A stretch of DNA of 64,000 nt from Mytilus trossulus (lineage: Eukaryota): contig NC_086382.1 in NCBI RefSeq assembly GCF_036588685.1, forward strand, positions 44,144,001 to 44,208,000, in the 5' to 3' direction. Under the pieces are notes generated by a model. It did no database searches. It saw nothing but the letters and a program-made list of their open reading frames with translations, and was not told the origin of the DNA. The position numbers and the translations under genes are program-made. Positions 14,313-27,918 of this stretch are shown here, one piece after another (within the stretch, counting starts at the first letter, position 1; every line of letters starts with the position of its first letter).

Positions 14313-16225
14313 CGCACAGATATCTTCTTCTTTTATTATAAGACTTCCTTGCGGCCTTTATATTTCTGTACAAAAAATATAGTTTTTATTACAAAAATAA
14401 TAAAATTGAATTATCATTAACCCACAAAAAAATATATTTAAAGTATATTGTTAAAATATTTTTTTTTTTTTAAATCAACTAAATTATGATTACAAAACAC
14501 ATCGACGATTGGAATATGAATTTGTGTTCTCTTCGCAAAAATATTTTTATAGAATTTGTATTTTTTTAATATGTGACGACAGATTATACCCAGCTTAAAT
14601 TTTGATGGAAAACACCTTATGTGTTTAATGTTGGTGGGCCTTGAATAATTATACTGAACGGTTAATCTATTTGAAGATTAGAAGCACTTATCTGTTCACA
14701 TAATTGTATAGGCAACATCAGTATACCATTGTTTAAAAGTTTTAAATCGAGGGAAATCAAATTCTTGTTACAAAGTAAAACATCGGAAACACATCAATTG
14801 TACGACGGAAATAACAAACACAAACAACATTGCGATATACATAGAAACAAACTTTTAGATAAAAGCTGCCATATTCCTGACTTGGTATAGTTCATTTAAA
14901 AAAAGAGAGTTGAAACAAGTTTTTACGGCTAGCCAAACTTTCAAGCTTAATGACAATTTTAAATATACTGATAAATTGACAATATCACTTGACGGGAATA
15001 CAGAAAAAAAAAAAAACGAACACCAAAAACAGAAAAATGTAATCTGAAAAAGTGCAAAAAGGATACATATATAATTCATTATTCGGAGTTTAGTAAATAA
15101 ACAATGTCATATCAGCATAAACACTTGTGGCGTCACATAACAGATCTTCTTTTCAAATGCTTTATTCTAAGTAATTGTACAGTCTGACTGTAATCAAATG
15201 TGTTTACTCTTTTAATATTAATCAAATAAAATTTGTTTGTATTTTATGATATTAAAATAAATGGTGGAAACACGCTATATTGCTAGCGTTTTAGAGAGGT
15301 TTGGTTTTCTCAGGCGTAATTGTCTTAATCTTGTTTGTCTTGTATTAAGTGTTCTGTTGTTTTGTTGTGTTGTTTTTAGTCGGTTTTGTTAAGCCTTTTT
15401 TTTTGCCAAATCATTTGTATTAACTGACCAAAATGAACTGCCGTCTTCTTCTTTATCATAACAATCAGAAAACAAGGTCAAAATTTAAAGACAATAGTCT
15501 ATGCTTCGACAAAAAAAAATCGACATATGTTCAATATTTCTTAGTGTCGTGCGAGTATAAATTGGATTTCCGAATGAATTGTCAGTACCTTAATATCGTT
15601 AAAAGCATTATATAGGATTTACAAATCAAGTACATAAAAACAATGAATAATACTTTAGATCGTAAATGGCATTGAAAATATGCAATATACAATTGTATCA
15701 ACAATAATATATCTACTAAATGTATCTAGCATTTAGCATTATAAAACAAGCAGTTCTACGTTTTAATTTTGAACAAACTTTTCACAAATAAAATGTTTTG
15801 TTTTGAAAGATTCTTTATTTTTGTTTTTATTTTTCATTCCTTTTCTTGTTAAAACATCCGACTTTTGCAAAAACCATCAACAACAGTTTTAGACACTTTT
15901 GGGCATGTTTTGGGATATATAACAAATGCTTCTGAACCTTAATGATATCAAATGGTTAATTGATACTATGAATTGGTATTTATGATAAAATATATTGCAA
16001 ACATAATCGTGCTTGAGATACAATCCAATAAAAAATGGATCAAAAATCAATGTCATCTTTTTCCTTCTCTTAAAAAAAAATGAAGATACTATCGCTAAAT
16101 ATTAAGAGTAAAAACTAAAAAATATGAGAGTTTTATCTTGTGTTGACATGGCAAATGATATGTTTAAGATTGTCTAGTCTAAACTTTGTCAAACTGTATT
16201 TATAAAGTATGTAAAAATGTTTCCT

Positions 16226-16674
16226 CTATGCTATTTTTTCCCTCCACATTAAAAATAGTCGTTCCATTTTGTTCTTAAAACTGGGAAAGTTAACACTTCT
16301 GGTGTCCTCGATGTAATTTACCGACTGAATGGTGCACATATCAACTGACATTTCCTCACCGTCAATAATAAAGGGAATTATTCGGTCCCTTTTCTTTGGG
16401 TCATCTAAAGATTGTATTATATTAGCCTGTTTTCCAAACAGCATCAAATTATCCATAGACATATGTCGAGAATGATAGACAATAACAAGTCTACAATTTA
16501 AGAGGAGACTTGCTAATCCATCGAGGACGGGTGTGCCTGGTGTAATTATATCATCCGGTAAACCAATTGCAAGGTTTGGTACATTGACTTGTTCCAGCAA
16601 ATTTTTGTGGCAAAGTCTTGCAGCCATTTCATCTTCTGAAGCATGTAGGAGTACTGCATCAAACCACTGTTCTC
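16226..16674 (-). CDS. Gene A terminal exon: TIR domain (TICAM/TRIF-TRAM-like)
   Basis: Box1-like FDAVLLHASEDE, BB-loop ITPG, betaC CRLVIVYHS, betaD RIIPF, terminal F..KM.RL; acceptor tgtcttttaaag|GA. Confidence 0.88.
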
Positions 16675-19600
16675 CTTTAAAAGACAAATAATCAACTTAA
16701 CTTTCAATTGAACAAATGCATCTGCGTACAAGCTTTGATACACTCAACATGTGATTCTACATGCATTGTCTTCACTTTGCTCTGTTGTGTTGCATTTTTT
16801 TTGTGTACAATATTATTCTGTTGATCTTTTTTTTAATAGATATAAGAAGATGTGGTGTGAGTGCACATCAAAGTCACAATGTGTACTATAAAATATCAAC
16901 TGAAATTACTTAACACAATTAATTAGTTTCTAGTATCCCTCATGTCTCTAACAGTTTCGCCTATATATCAAGTTCACTGTACTTACTTTGATACAATTGT
17001 GTTGCATTGTGTATCTGTATATAATATAGACATCATATTAAAACAGAAAATTAATAAACACAAGGAAAGCTAGTACGAACCTTTGGTATTATTTTTTTAA
17101 GTAAACTACTGCTTGGGTTTTCAAAGCTTTAAATATCATTTTTACAAAATATTGTTATTTTGATAAGTTTTGTATTTGTTTTTTTTCAAATCTCATTTCA
17201 CAAAAATAAATTACCTCGGCGGCATAACGTGTTAACAGTAATGGTCAAGGAAAGAGAACTTTAATACTTGTCCTAAGTCAGGAATCTGATGTACAGTAGT
17301 TGTCGTTTGTTTATGTAATATATACGTGTTTCTCGTTTCTCGTTTTGTTTATATAGATTAGACCGTTAGTTTTCCCGTTTGAATGGTTTTACAATAGTAA
17401 TTTTGGGGCCCTTTATAGCTTGTTGTTCGGTGTGAGCCAAGGCTCCGTATTGAAGGCCGTACTTTAACCTATAATAGTTTACTTTTTAAATTGTTATTTG
17501 GATGGAGAGTTGTCTCAGTGGCACTCACACCACATCTTCCTATATCTATTTAATAACATTAATCACTTTGTGTACATACCGACAGAACCCCGGTCTTCTT
17601 CCAAATCATTACCGTCTGAAAACAGTGCGAACATCTTTTAAACAAGAATGTTTTGTTTGGTGCTAAGTTTGTTTACATGTGTAATAAAATCTAAATAACA
17701 TACATTTTAGTACTGACATTGGGTTGTCACCATTGTACAAAAGCTTTGCATCCGTATGGTATTATTTTTAATGAGTTTCATTATTGCAAAAATCGAATCA
17801 TCATATAAATATTAATCCAAAAAGCAACAGCTTTTAAAAGCATATTCCTACATTTGATTATGAAACTTTTGAAATGTTTAAGATGATATCTTTTTTTATA
17901 TATTTTCTATTAATAATAAGAGTCTGGAAGTGGAACCTTTTTTGCTATATTCTATACATTTGTTTGTATGACTCTTTCTTTATCCACATTAAAAAATAAT
18001 GCTTATTCTCTTAAATGTTCATGAAAATTATTTTACCACTAGATTCATTTGTTATTACATGATTTCGTCTTTTGGAACATGGTGCCTTACTGTGATTCAT
18101 ATTTTAATGTCTAATTCTTTAGATTATCATAGCTATTTTATTCCTTTCCACTATTCTATATTCTATTCTTTTTACTCACTTTTCATTTCTTTCATTCTTT
18201 TTTTATCAATCATTCCAAATTTTGTAAATCCCGGGATGTCGGTTTATTTTTATTAAACGGGGATATATTTTCCAGACTTAAAATATTTTGTTTTACTTTT
18301 CACTCATATTTCTACATATATCTTTAAACTGGGGTCAAAATGCCGTATAAATAAAACAATCGTAACTTACTCAAACGTGCGTCTTCTACTGAATTATCTT
18401 GCATCAGTTGAGTACTGGTACGACTAGGTAAGTCTGATTGTGACAATGAAGCAGAGGTAGTTGTCAAGCCTAAATAAAATATGTTTTACTTGAAAACAAA
18501 TCTAATATTTACTACAGAACAATAACGTAAATGTACATTTATGACGTATAAACGCATGACATGATAGTCTTCAAATCGAATTAAATTTTTCGTTTCTATA
18601 GAAAATAATCTCTTTATCTTAATGAATTACTTAAGGGTATAATACTTTGCCGATATAATAAGAGAATAAGTTACAAAGGCCTTTGTGCAGTTGGGTTTTA
18701 TTTGTTCCATGTTACCAAAACAATACGTTGCCGATCTAATTAGATAATCAGTCACATATTACAAACGCCTTTCTTCGATTGGTTTGATTAGTTCAGTGTG
18801 GAGTCATTTATTTTCTTGGGTACCAATTTTCGTGAATAAAGGAAAACTTAATTGTTCGTGGATATTTAATTTCGTGGTTTTGCTGATGTCTGCATACAAG
18901 CGCATAGAGAATTTATTATTCGTTGAACATTTAATTTCGTGGTTCATCTGCAGCCACGAAATCCACGAAAATTGGTATCCAACGAATAATAATGAATTCG
19001 TAGTAAATATCTCTGTACCGAAGATTTCGCTAAAATAGGGTATCGGCGAGAAGATAAATTTGGCGCATAAATGTTCATTAGTTCTTCCTATTGTTCGCAG
19101 AAATGTCCTGTGAACCCTTATCACTATCGTTTAAATGTTACACAATCCTTTACATGTACACTTACAAGAGTCTGGAGGTGGAACCTTTATTTCTGTATCC
19201 TCTTCCTTTTTGTGTATGATTCTTTCTTTATCTATAAAAATAATGATTATTCTCTTAAATTATCATAAAAACATTTTTACCATTAGATTCATTTGTTATT
19301 ACATGATTTCTTCTTTCTGAACATGGTGCCTTTCTGTGAGTACTTTATTGTCTTGATTTAGTTTTTCTTAGCTATTAATAGACCACTTTCGAGTTCATCC
19401 GTCACCGGAAAAAACTCGTCAATTATACGCGCCTTTATCATCGTCATTTGTGCGTTTAGGGGCGTCGTCACTTCCTTCCAATGTTGAGCGAGTGGTTGGA
19501 AAACTATAATTCTATATTGTACGAATTATTCGGCAAATTGAATTCTCAAAATTGACAATCAACACTGCTGTCATTAGGGAAATGTCAGTAAGTACCTACA

Positions 19601-21232
19601 GAGCAACCATTATTTCTAGTTTATCCTGCACAAAGACGATCACTAAGACGCTTGATGAACGTAAATAGTGCAGGGATACAGGCGAGCCCCTCTATCTGGT
19701 AAATGACCTCATAAAGGCGTGTATAATTGACGAGTTTTTGCCGGTGACGGATGAACTCGAAAGGGGTCTATTCCTTTGCAACTCCGGAGTATCGTTTTTT
19801 TGTTTTTTTTTCATTTTACTGGAATATATTTTCCGGACGTGATATTTTTATTTTCTTTTCACTCATATTTCTACATATATCTTTAAATTGTGGTTAAAAT
19901 GCCGTATAGATATCGTAGCTTTCTCAAACGTGTTTATTCTTCTGAATTCCCGGGTATGAGTATGAGTTGAACACTGGTACGATTTGGTGAGTCGGATTGT
20001 AACAATGAAGCAGGGGTAGTTGTCAAGCCTAAATAAAATATGCTTTACTTGAAAAAATACTTTACATACTACAGTACAATTAGTTTCATGTCCATGCAGT
20101 ACGTATACACGCATGTCATGGTAGTCTTCAAATTGAATGAAATTTTACGTTTCTATAAAAAAAAAATATTACAAAATTGCGAATGTTCATGTGTTCAAAT
20201 CAACAGTATTAATGGGTCAAACTGGGTTGGATTGTTTTATATAAAAAAATATGTGGTATATTTGCCAATGAGACAACTGTAAACTAGAGACCATTAACAA
20301 CTATAGGTCACCGTACGGCCTTCAACAATGAGCAAAGCCCATATCACATAGTCAGCTATTAAAGGATCCAATAAGACAATGTAAAACAATTCAAACGAGA
20401 AAACTAACGGCCTTATTTATATAAAATGAAAAGAAAGAAAAACAAATATGTAACACATAAACAAACGACAACCTCTGAATTACAAGCTCCTGACTTGGGA
20501 TAGGCACATACATAAATATTGTGGCGGAGTTAAACATTGTATTGATATGTTAAAGTTTAACACGACTTTCGACATTATTGTGCAGTATCGTGGCTGTCTT
20601 TTTTCTATTGGTAGATAATTGGCATAATTGCTCGGAGAGACCAAAAGTTACTGATTTTTGGTAGGAAACCTGACAAGCATAGTCCTTAATTTAAGATTGG
20701 AGTTAAGCGCACCTGCCATGTACGTGCATGATTCGAACACACAACTACTGTGTTGACAGGCTAGTGAAACGGCAGATTGTTACTTGGACCACTTCTAAAC
20801 CGAGTCCACTAAACCAGGAAGGAGGTACTATTCAAACCAATCACTCATTAACGGTACCAATGTGTCTTCAACAGATCTGTATTTAGACAATATCTTTTCA
20901 GAGATGCTAAAATCCGAAATATTCAAAGAACTTTGATGAATAGAAAAGTAGAGCCAAAGGCAAAATGGATATTTCAGTATTGTTTAGATGTGCAAAAGAG
21001 TCCCGATCTCCCTCCTTCAACCTCACCGCCCCCCCCCCCCCCCCCCCCCAAACTCCCAACCCATTCTTCCTCACCCTAAAAAAAAGGAAATATATCGAAG
21101 GCATTCCTTATATATGTACAGCTTGTAATTATATATAAAAAAAATACCTGTTTGTCGTTTAGTCCAGTAATACCCAAACATCCAACAAACTGCAGCTGTT
21201 CCGAAAACAAGGCATACATCTTTTCCACTCAT
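16226..21232 (-). CDS. Gene A: signal-anchor + S/T-rich linker + TICAM-like TIR protein, 222 aa; exons 21232-21148, 18469-18371, 17615-17580, 16674-16226
   Basis: All introns GT-AG and phase 1; 85+99+36+449=669 nt open. Protein begins MSGKDVCLVFGTAAVCWMFGYYWTKRQT-GLTTTSASLSQSDLPSRTSTQLMQDNSVEDARL-NGNDLEEDRGSV-GEQWFDAVLLHASEDEMAA... Architecture mirrors gene B. Confidence 0.8.
17580..17615 (-). CDS. Gene A 36-nt microexon (NGNDLEEDRGSV)
   Basis: ttttcag|...|gtatgt, phase 1-1; peptide motif matches the two gene B microexons. Confidence 0.75.
18371..18469 (-). CDS. Gene A 99-nt Ser/Thr-rich linker exon
   Basis: ttttatttag|...|gtaagt, phase 1-1, open frame; a dead paralogous copy lies at 19924-20028. 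Confidence 0.75.
19381..19768. mobile_element. MITE with ~70-bp TIRs, probable TA TSD
   Basis: GACCACTTTCGAGTTCATCCGTCACCGG... / ...CCGGTGACGGATGAACTCGAAAGGGGTC; absent from the paralogous empty site at ~18131-18150. Confidence 0.82.
19924..20028 (-). pseudogene. Pseudo-exon: duplicate of the gene A 99-nt exon
   Basis: Clearly similar to 18371-18469 including flanks, but has an in-frame TAA (..NSEE*), a 6-nt duplication and a donor changed from GTAAGT to GAAAGC. Confidence 0.75.
21148..21232 (-). CDS. Gene A first coding exon: short hydrophobic signal-anchor followed by basic residues
   Basis: gtttgcag|gctgaacATG...ACAG|gtattt; 85 coding nt, MSGKDVCLVFGTAAVCWMFGYYWTKRQT; same length and phase as the gene B first coding exon. 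Confidence 0.75.
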
Positions 21233-24200
21233 GTTCAGCCTGCAAACTGTCAAAAAAATCGTGTTATATTAAAACAAATAATACAGGTTTTTTTAAACGA
21301 TAAGCAGATGTTTTATTTTTACAAATGCATAAGACAACTACCAAAAAAAAACCAACAGACAAACATGTGAACATCTATAAGGTCTTCAACAATAGAAAAA
21401 TAGACCATACAGTATAGATCTTTAAGGTATAAGGATCCGGAATATCAAATGAAAGCATAAGCAGCATGACATCAAACAAACAAAACGAAAAATCAATAGA
21501 TATGTACAGGAACCAACGGCATTTATCAAACTATAAGTTTTTGGTATTGGTCATGCATATAACAAATGGCGACGTTAAAAAAAACATAGGAATATTTGGC
21601 ATCATTGCCACTAAGACAACTTACTTTTAAAGTTGAAATGAAGTGGTTTAATATAATCATACATATAGGTAATTGCACTTCCTTCAACGATACAAAACTA
21701 GTGCGGATTCTGAACTTTTTTGGAAGGAGAAGGAGGGCGATTAACGACCTAAGGGGGGACCGCTCCTATCATATTTCAGTGATTCCCCAAATAATCAATC
21801 ATTTTTTTTCAAACAAAAGGGGTCCCAGGTCCCCCTGGATCAGCATATGAAAAAATCCATACTGAATATTAGTCGGTGGTATTACAGCAAAATAATAGAA
21901 AGAACTGTATAAATCAGTTTGCCAATAAAACAATAAAACGATGTGAAGCAAAAAAATGAGCAAACATTCAACAGACACAAATCACTTATGTAAGAGTTCT
22001 CCCAGTTACTGAAAGCTTAGTTCAAAACCAATTGTTGTCTATCAGATCGTTTTTATACATTTTTACAGATTATTTTTTAAAGAACTTTTACTGAATTGAA
22101 TAAAATTTGAGTTGAATTTTAAAACTAAATCATATCGACAAGTAGATCTATATTTAAATGTTTATAAATAACTTGATCTTTTATCATTTTATAAATAAAT
22201 ATCAAAATTCTATATTTATTTTTAGAATGAAACTTAAAGTTATCTCATTTTTGTTTTTATCAGCTTATTTGATATCAAATATGAATCAAAAGAACTCAAA
22301 AGAAAGTTTATTTTTTAAGAAATTAAACACTAAAAGTTTCAACTGTAGGGAAGCGGAAAATACTGTTTCGATTTCAAAATGTTTGTTTGGAAACATCATA
22401 TATATATATATATATTCAAAAAGCATGTAAAAAAGCACTCCACAAAAATATTCTGTTCTATCAAAGGGTATATAATCCATAAATTAAACACAATAGAAGT
22501 CAACAAATTACAAATATAGGTAAACATACATAATCAAGTATAATAACAACACATACCTCTAATATTTCATTCTGAATAGTCCAAACTGTATCCATTGAAT
22601 TACGTCAGATATAGTTAGTCATAACTTAAAGATATATCTATTAACCACAAAATACTACTATACAGCTATCATAAATTATGTACATGCCGGGTAGATAATA
22701 ATTTTATAATCAAGATTTTATCCAACACGACATTGTCAAATATAGTTTATCATGTTTATTTAACATTGATCTAGACTACAAACAAACTTGGAGGCAAAAG
22801 AGTTGAAGAAGAAATATTTTCTATTTTTTTATCTTCTCTTTCTCTTTATAAGTACGTGTACAGGGTTTAAAATGAGACACCACGTATTCTTTATATTAAG
22901 TTAAATGTTCTAAGATGACTTGTAAAAGACAGGTGAAAAATATGAAAAGACACTTAGACTCTTATTTAAAAAGAACTATACCATGGAAAAAAAGAAAGTT
23001 AATCAAAAAGACAAACAACGGTAAATTAAACACAACAAAAAGCTGAAGACTGTATGTCTACAACACGGATCCCAAGCAAAATAAGGTGATGTCAGGTGTT
23101 CTGTAAGGGTGAAGTATACATTAACAAAGTTAACAATTTTCAAAAACAATTTGCAATGTTTTTTTAACTAAAAAGATAACTTTGATGTACACTACAGTCC
23201 AGCGTGCTAAATGCATCTATGCTACTACAATAACCAGGTCCAATGTGTTAGCCGGCATTCTGTTGTAAAAACGACATATCAAAGAATTCATAATTTTGTA
23301 TAATTAATATAGGACAATGTTTTTGATTCCAAATTACACCATTCCAGACCCTTTTGTTTACACACAATTATTATGACCAATAATAAACAAGTTCCAGGTA
23401 GAATCCAATACAGATACCAATACTGATCGATACCTGTTAACTATATGTACTAGATGTCAGGCGCATCAACAAACAGGGTTTTTAATTTTTAGTCGGGGGG
23501 GGGGGGGGGGGGGAGGGGGGATACTATTACCAGGGTCATAATCAAATTATCGCTTTGTCATTTCATACAGATTGACACTACTAAATTCAACCATTGTCCA
23601 AACTATCTACAAGTAGTTTCTATTTAGGGTAAGAAAGCAAGGATGAATTCAAGCAGAAAGATTTTGAAAGCAGAGAAAAACTGTGCACCTAAATATCAGC
23701 ATGATTTTATAAAATGAAAATACGAATACTAAAAATTCGGACCGAAATACGTTGCATGTACTTTAATTCATCCAGGAATCTGTGATGTCAGTTGTATGTT
23801 ATAGTATATTTAAAGGAGTTCCAAGACTAAAATCAGTTAAGTATAATTTCTTACTTTTCAGCTAAAACTGTATGAATAAGATTCATCCTTTGATTCCTCC
23901 ATGTCATTTTATGTACTAACGGTCAACTGGTTACTATGCGACTTTATGTGCATACTACCACCATCAGCGCCGATGTAAAATACTAATTACTGAGCGCACA
24001 GCGTATGTTTTTAAAATTTAGAAAATTTAGTAATCTTGAATCAGCAGTATGTTGTTTTTCAGTAGATAGCAAAGTCTACATAGTTCTGGGTACTCAAAAC
24101 AATAAGTCAATTTATAGATATCAATGGTACCAGGATGTTAATTTAATACACCAGACGCGCGTTTCGTCTACATAAGACTCATCCCTCACGCTCGTAATTA

Positions 24201-27200
24201 AAACGTTTTAAAGCCAGACAAGTACAAAGTTGAAGAGCATTGAGGACCAAAAATTCCAAAAAGTTGTGCCAAATACGGCTGAGATACATCTATTCATGTA
24301 ATAAGAACATCCTTAGTTTTTCGAAAAGTTAATGTTTTGTCAACAGAAAATTTATTAAAAGATGACCATATAACAGATTTTCATGTCCACACCAAATTTC
24401 TGACTGCTGGACTGGCATATATTTTAATGATGATAATTATAAAAAAAAAACTAGAGTCAAAAGATACCAAAAGAGATCAAACTTAAAAGTTTTGTCATTG
24501 GCACTCATACCACTTCTTCTTTATGATAAGTCGAAAACAAACTCACAATGCAATGGCAAATCATAAAACAACAGTGTATAAAAATACATCAAGAAAAATA
24601 AAGACTAAGGAACACGAGACCCGCCAACCATCGGGTTGGTCTAAGGGGCTCCAGAGGGGTAGGTATATTCTGCTCTACACATGGTACCTTTCTTGTTCAT
24701 TAATTACAAACTCGTTGATACGTCTAAATATCCCTTCGATGAAACGAAAACCAGACTGTGCTTACGACAATTGCAACCTATCCGTTGTAATCTGTGTGAG
24801 GTATATTATAAAAGTTTTGTTAATAAAAATGCCCTGTTCAATAGTAACACGTTTCTCACATTTTAGAGTGTAAGATTTCGTAGGAAAAAATCTATAAGAC
24901 ATCCTGACGGAATAGAAAACGCAAAAGACGAAAGTGTGAAATGTCCAATACTTCAAGGTAAAAATCATTAAAAAACCTCAAGACAAAAGAGATGCGGGTA
25001 AATAGAAAGGATGAAATCGAAAGGTTTGAAGCTCATAAGACATTATCAATACATAAAAAGTATAGTTACCAAAGGACTTCAAGTCTTTTCTTCTGTTAAC
25101 TTATGAAAGAGCATTACTAAGAAGATGTTATTTTAAATCAGTTATCGGTAGTGCTCATACCACTGTCCGTCGTTATACTACTTCGTCAAGTAATAGTATT
25201 TGGTTTCTAGTTGGATTATCGATCTTTGCAAGTGATTGATTTACCCATAATCCTCCTTTTGACGTCGACATTTAGGAAAAGCAGACGCATTTTTATCCAT
25301 AGAATTATCTTCTAAAAAATCGACACCAATCTGACACATAAGTTGTTAAAAACCTTATTTTTTTTAAAACTGTTTCAAATGATATTTATCAAGGATTTAA
25401 TTGTCGATTATTTTGACTCGATGGATACAATTGTCGAAGGGTCATGGCAAAATTATGATTCTTAGCAGACGGCATGGTCAGGTTTTGTCGTCATTCCGAG
25501 AAGAAAATAGTTACTTCTACATCGAATTATTTCTAAATTTTATTTCCGATATGCAATTTTGACAATTTTAATTTAGTTTAAATTTACAGCAAACTTTATT
25601 TTTGTTGATTAGAGACGCACGTTAAAATGTTAAGATGACTGGATTATTGAATACAAAATTTAAAAAAAATGTTTGTTTTACGATGGATGGGCCATTGGCA
25701 AATCTTGTATTCATTTTTTTTTTCTCGTGCGTTGAGACACGATCGGCCACAGCAGAATCAGCAGATGTGTTGGTTTATTTATTTATTTATTTATTTTTGT
25801 TGTTTTTGTTTGTTTTGCATTGTTTTTAATTCTTATATGTTCATATACATATTTACACAATTTATCATAGCATGTCTTTTTCAGTTTAAAATGCTTAGGG
25901 TATCTGGTAGGAAGGGCGACAATGTGGTCTACATCGGCTAAGAAATTTTTTTTGCGTTCAAACATTGATGGAGATTCGGGTGTTAACAGATCTATAGAGG
26001 GTCCAGTAGTAACAACTTTACACAGTTCAAAGGTTATGTCTATGACTATGGCTCCGGTATTCACGACCGCTACTTCTAGTGCTGCTGATGATTATCAGGT
26101 AATTTTCCAGTTTTTCCAAACCCATCTCCGTGTAGTAAGGACAATGACGAGCTTGCAAGAAATGTCGATAATTTAAAACATTTCAGGAGAATATGTTGAT
26201 CTGGCCTTACTATTAGTTTATTCACAGGCCTCTTCTGGGCATAATTAGAAAGTCGTTGTTTCACAGGATCTTTTGATACCCCGGAAAGGGGGCGGGGGTG
26301 TTCTTCCTATATTTTTATATATACGAATGTGACGCAAAAACATGGTCCCTTATTTTCATGTCTTGCTGATTAGAACAGGGTTGCTTTTTTATGCCCTGCT
26401 GTCGGGAACAGGTTGATTTTTAAACAATCGATTTAAAAAGGACAGATTGGATACTGGATATTATCACAAGTATGTTTTTGCTTACATTAATAAACTGTTT
26501 TGTGACAGGTTTTATATTTCTGAACTAGTCTAGAAAATATAGGTCTCTGTCCAGAACAAGGTATACATTTTCCGAGCGTGTCTAGAACAGGGTATACATT
26601 TTCGAATTCTAAGCATTTCTAGAACAGGTATTTTTTTCAATATTTCTGTTTAGAACAGGGTATGTTTTGCAATGTTTTCTGGTTAGAACAGGGTATGATT
26701 TGCAAAGTGCTGTCGGCAAAGAAATTTACACAATAGGTACATTGTGTAACTGGACAGATGCGTTTTTTAGTCTATATTAGTATATTTTGTACTACTGCTC
26801 ACTCGACTGTTTTTCAAGATCGACTCAAGTACATGCATAGTATACGGCTAGGCGCACTAGTCGTACGATAAACAATTTCGTCTCAGAATGTCGCAGGATC
26901 CAGCTGGTTCTTGGGCTGTCATTGACCCTGACTTATGGCTGCTCAATATGTATCCTACGTCTAGTATTGGTAAATGCAATAAGCATGGGGCGCTTAAAAT
27001 GTTACGCATTCAATTACCAAGGTTCATGCGTGAATCAATCATGTGCATATACTCATTCTTGTTTAAGATGCTTTGATCAGCACCCACTTATGATTCAGTG
27101 CCCCAGACAAGACTGTTTTCCTCAAGGCAGGCAAAATGTAAGATTTGAGCAAACAAGCCTCAGTTTAGACTGAGATTTAAGGCACATGTGAGCAACTCGT

Positions 27201-27918
27201 TGCAGTATCCCATCAATACGAACTCGTATACTGGGCAAAATATGAAGTGAATTTTTAGGAAATGCAATTACAATTGATCTTAAAGAGATATCAAATTGAG
27301 AATTTTTTGTGATATTTATCTTATGTTTAATTTTGTATAAAATTTGGATTGTATTGATTTCGAATCCAAACTGATGTATCATCTATTGGATAAAGGGTGG
27401 ACTCCATTTAACACAACTGAATTAAAAGAATTAAAAGAATGTAACTTGGGGGTTATACAAAAGTGTAGATTCCTAGCTCCGGCTGAGGGGTTTACTTTTG
27501 GCTTAAGGTTATCATATGAAGGTTAAAAAAAAAAAGATTAAATTAAACTACCGCAAATAAATTTAATGTCTTAAGCACGAAAATTCGTATTATCATGTTA
27601 AAATCAATCAAGAGCTGTGATCGGATACTTTTAATCTTATTAAATTTTTTTTAAATGTTAATTTGAACCTCTCAATTTAGCAACATTTTATTTTATTTAT
27701 TAAGAATATATTAAAACCAAGCACTATATTTGATAATTAACAAGCAAATATCAAAATCAAAGTTAATATTGATGTTGATTCGTCCTCTAGTATTGTTATT
27801 AATGAGTAAATATTTTCAGATTCGAGCGTTGTATATTCCAGGCTCAAGTAATGCAGGTGCAGATTCTCTGTCTCTTTTACGGGTGATCCGTTCCCGTATA
27901 TTTGGACCGGAAGCATTA

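Larger units (their letters stand above)
17920..20160. repeat. Intragenic tandem duplication in gene A (~17920-18605 vs ~19168-20160)
   Basis: Collinear similarity from aagagtctgga.gtggaaccttt through the exon/pseudo-exon to gtttctata.aaaa; the second copy is interrupted by a MITE. Confidence 0.75.

Noticed and set aside
26545-26700. Regularly spaced tctagaacagggtat repeats as CRISPR-like
   Set aside because: Eukaryotic context, degenerate ~31-bp tandem units with related spacers, no cas genes; subrepeats of a small insertion.
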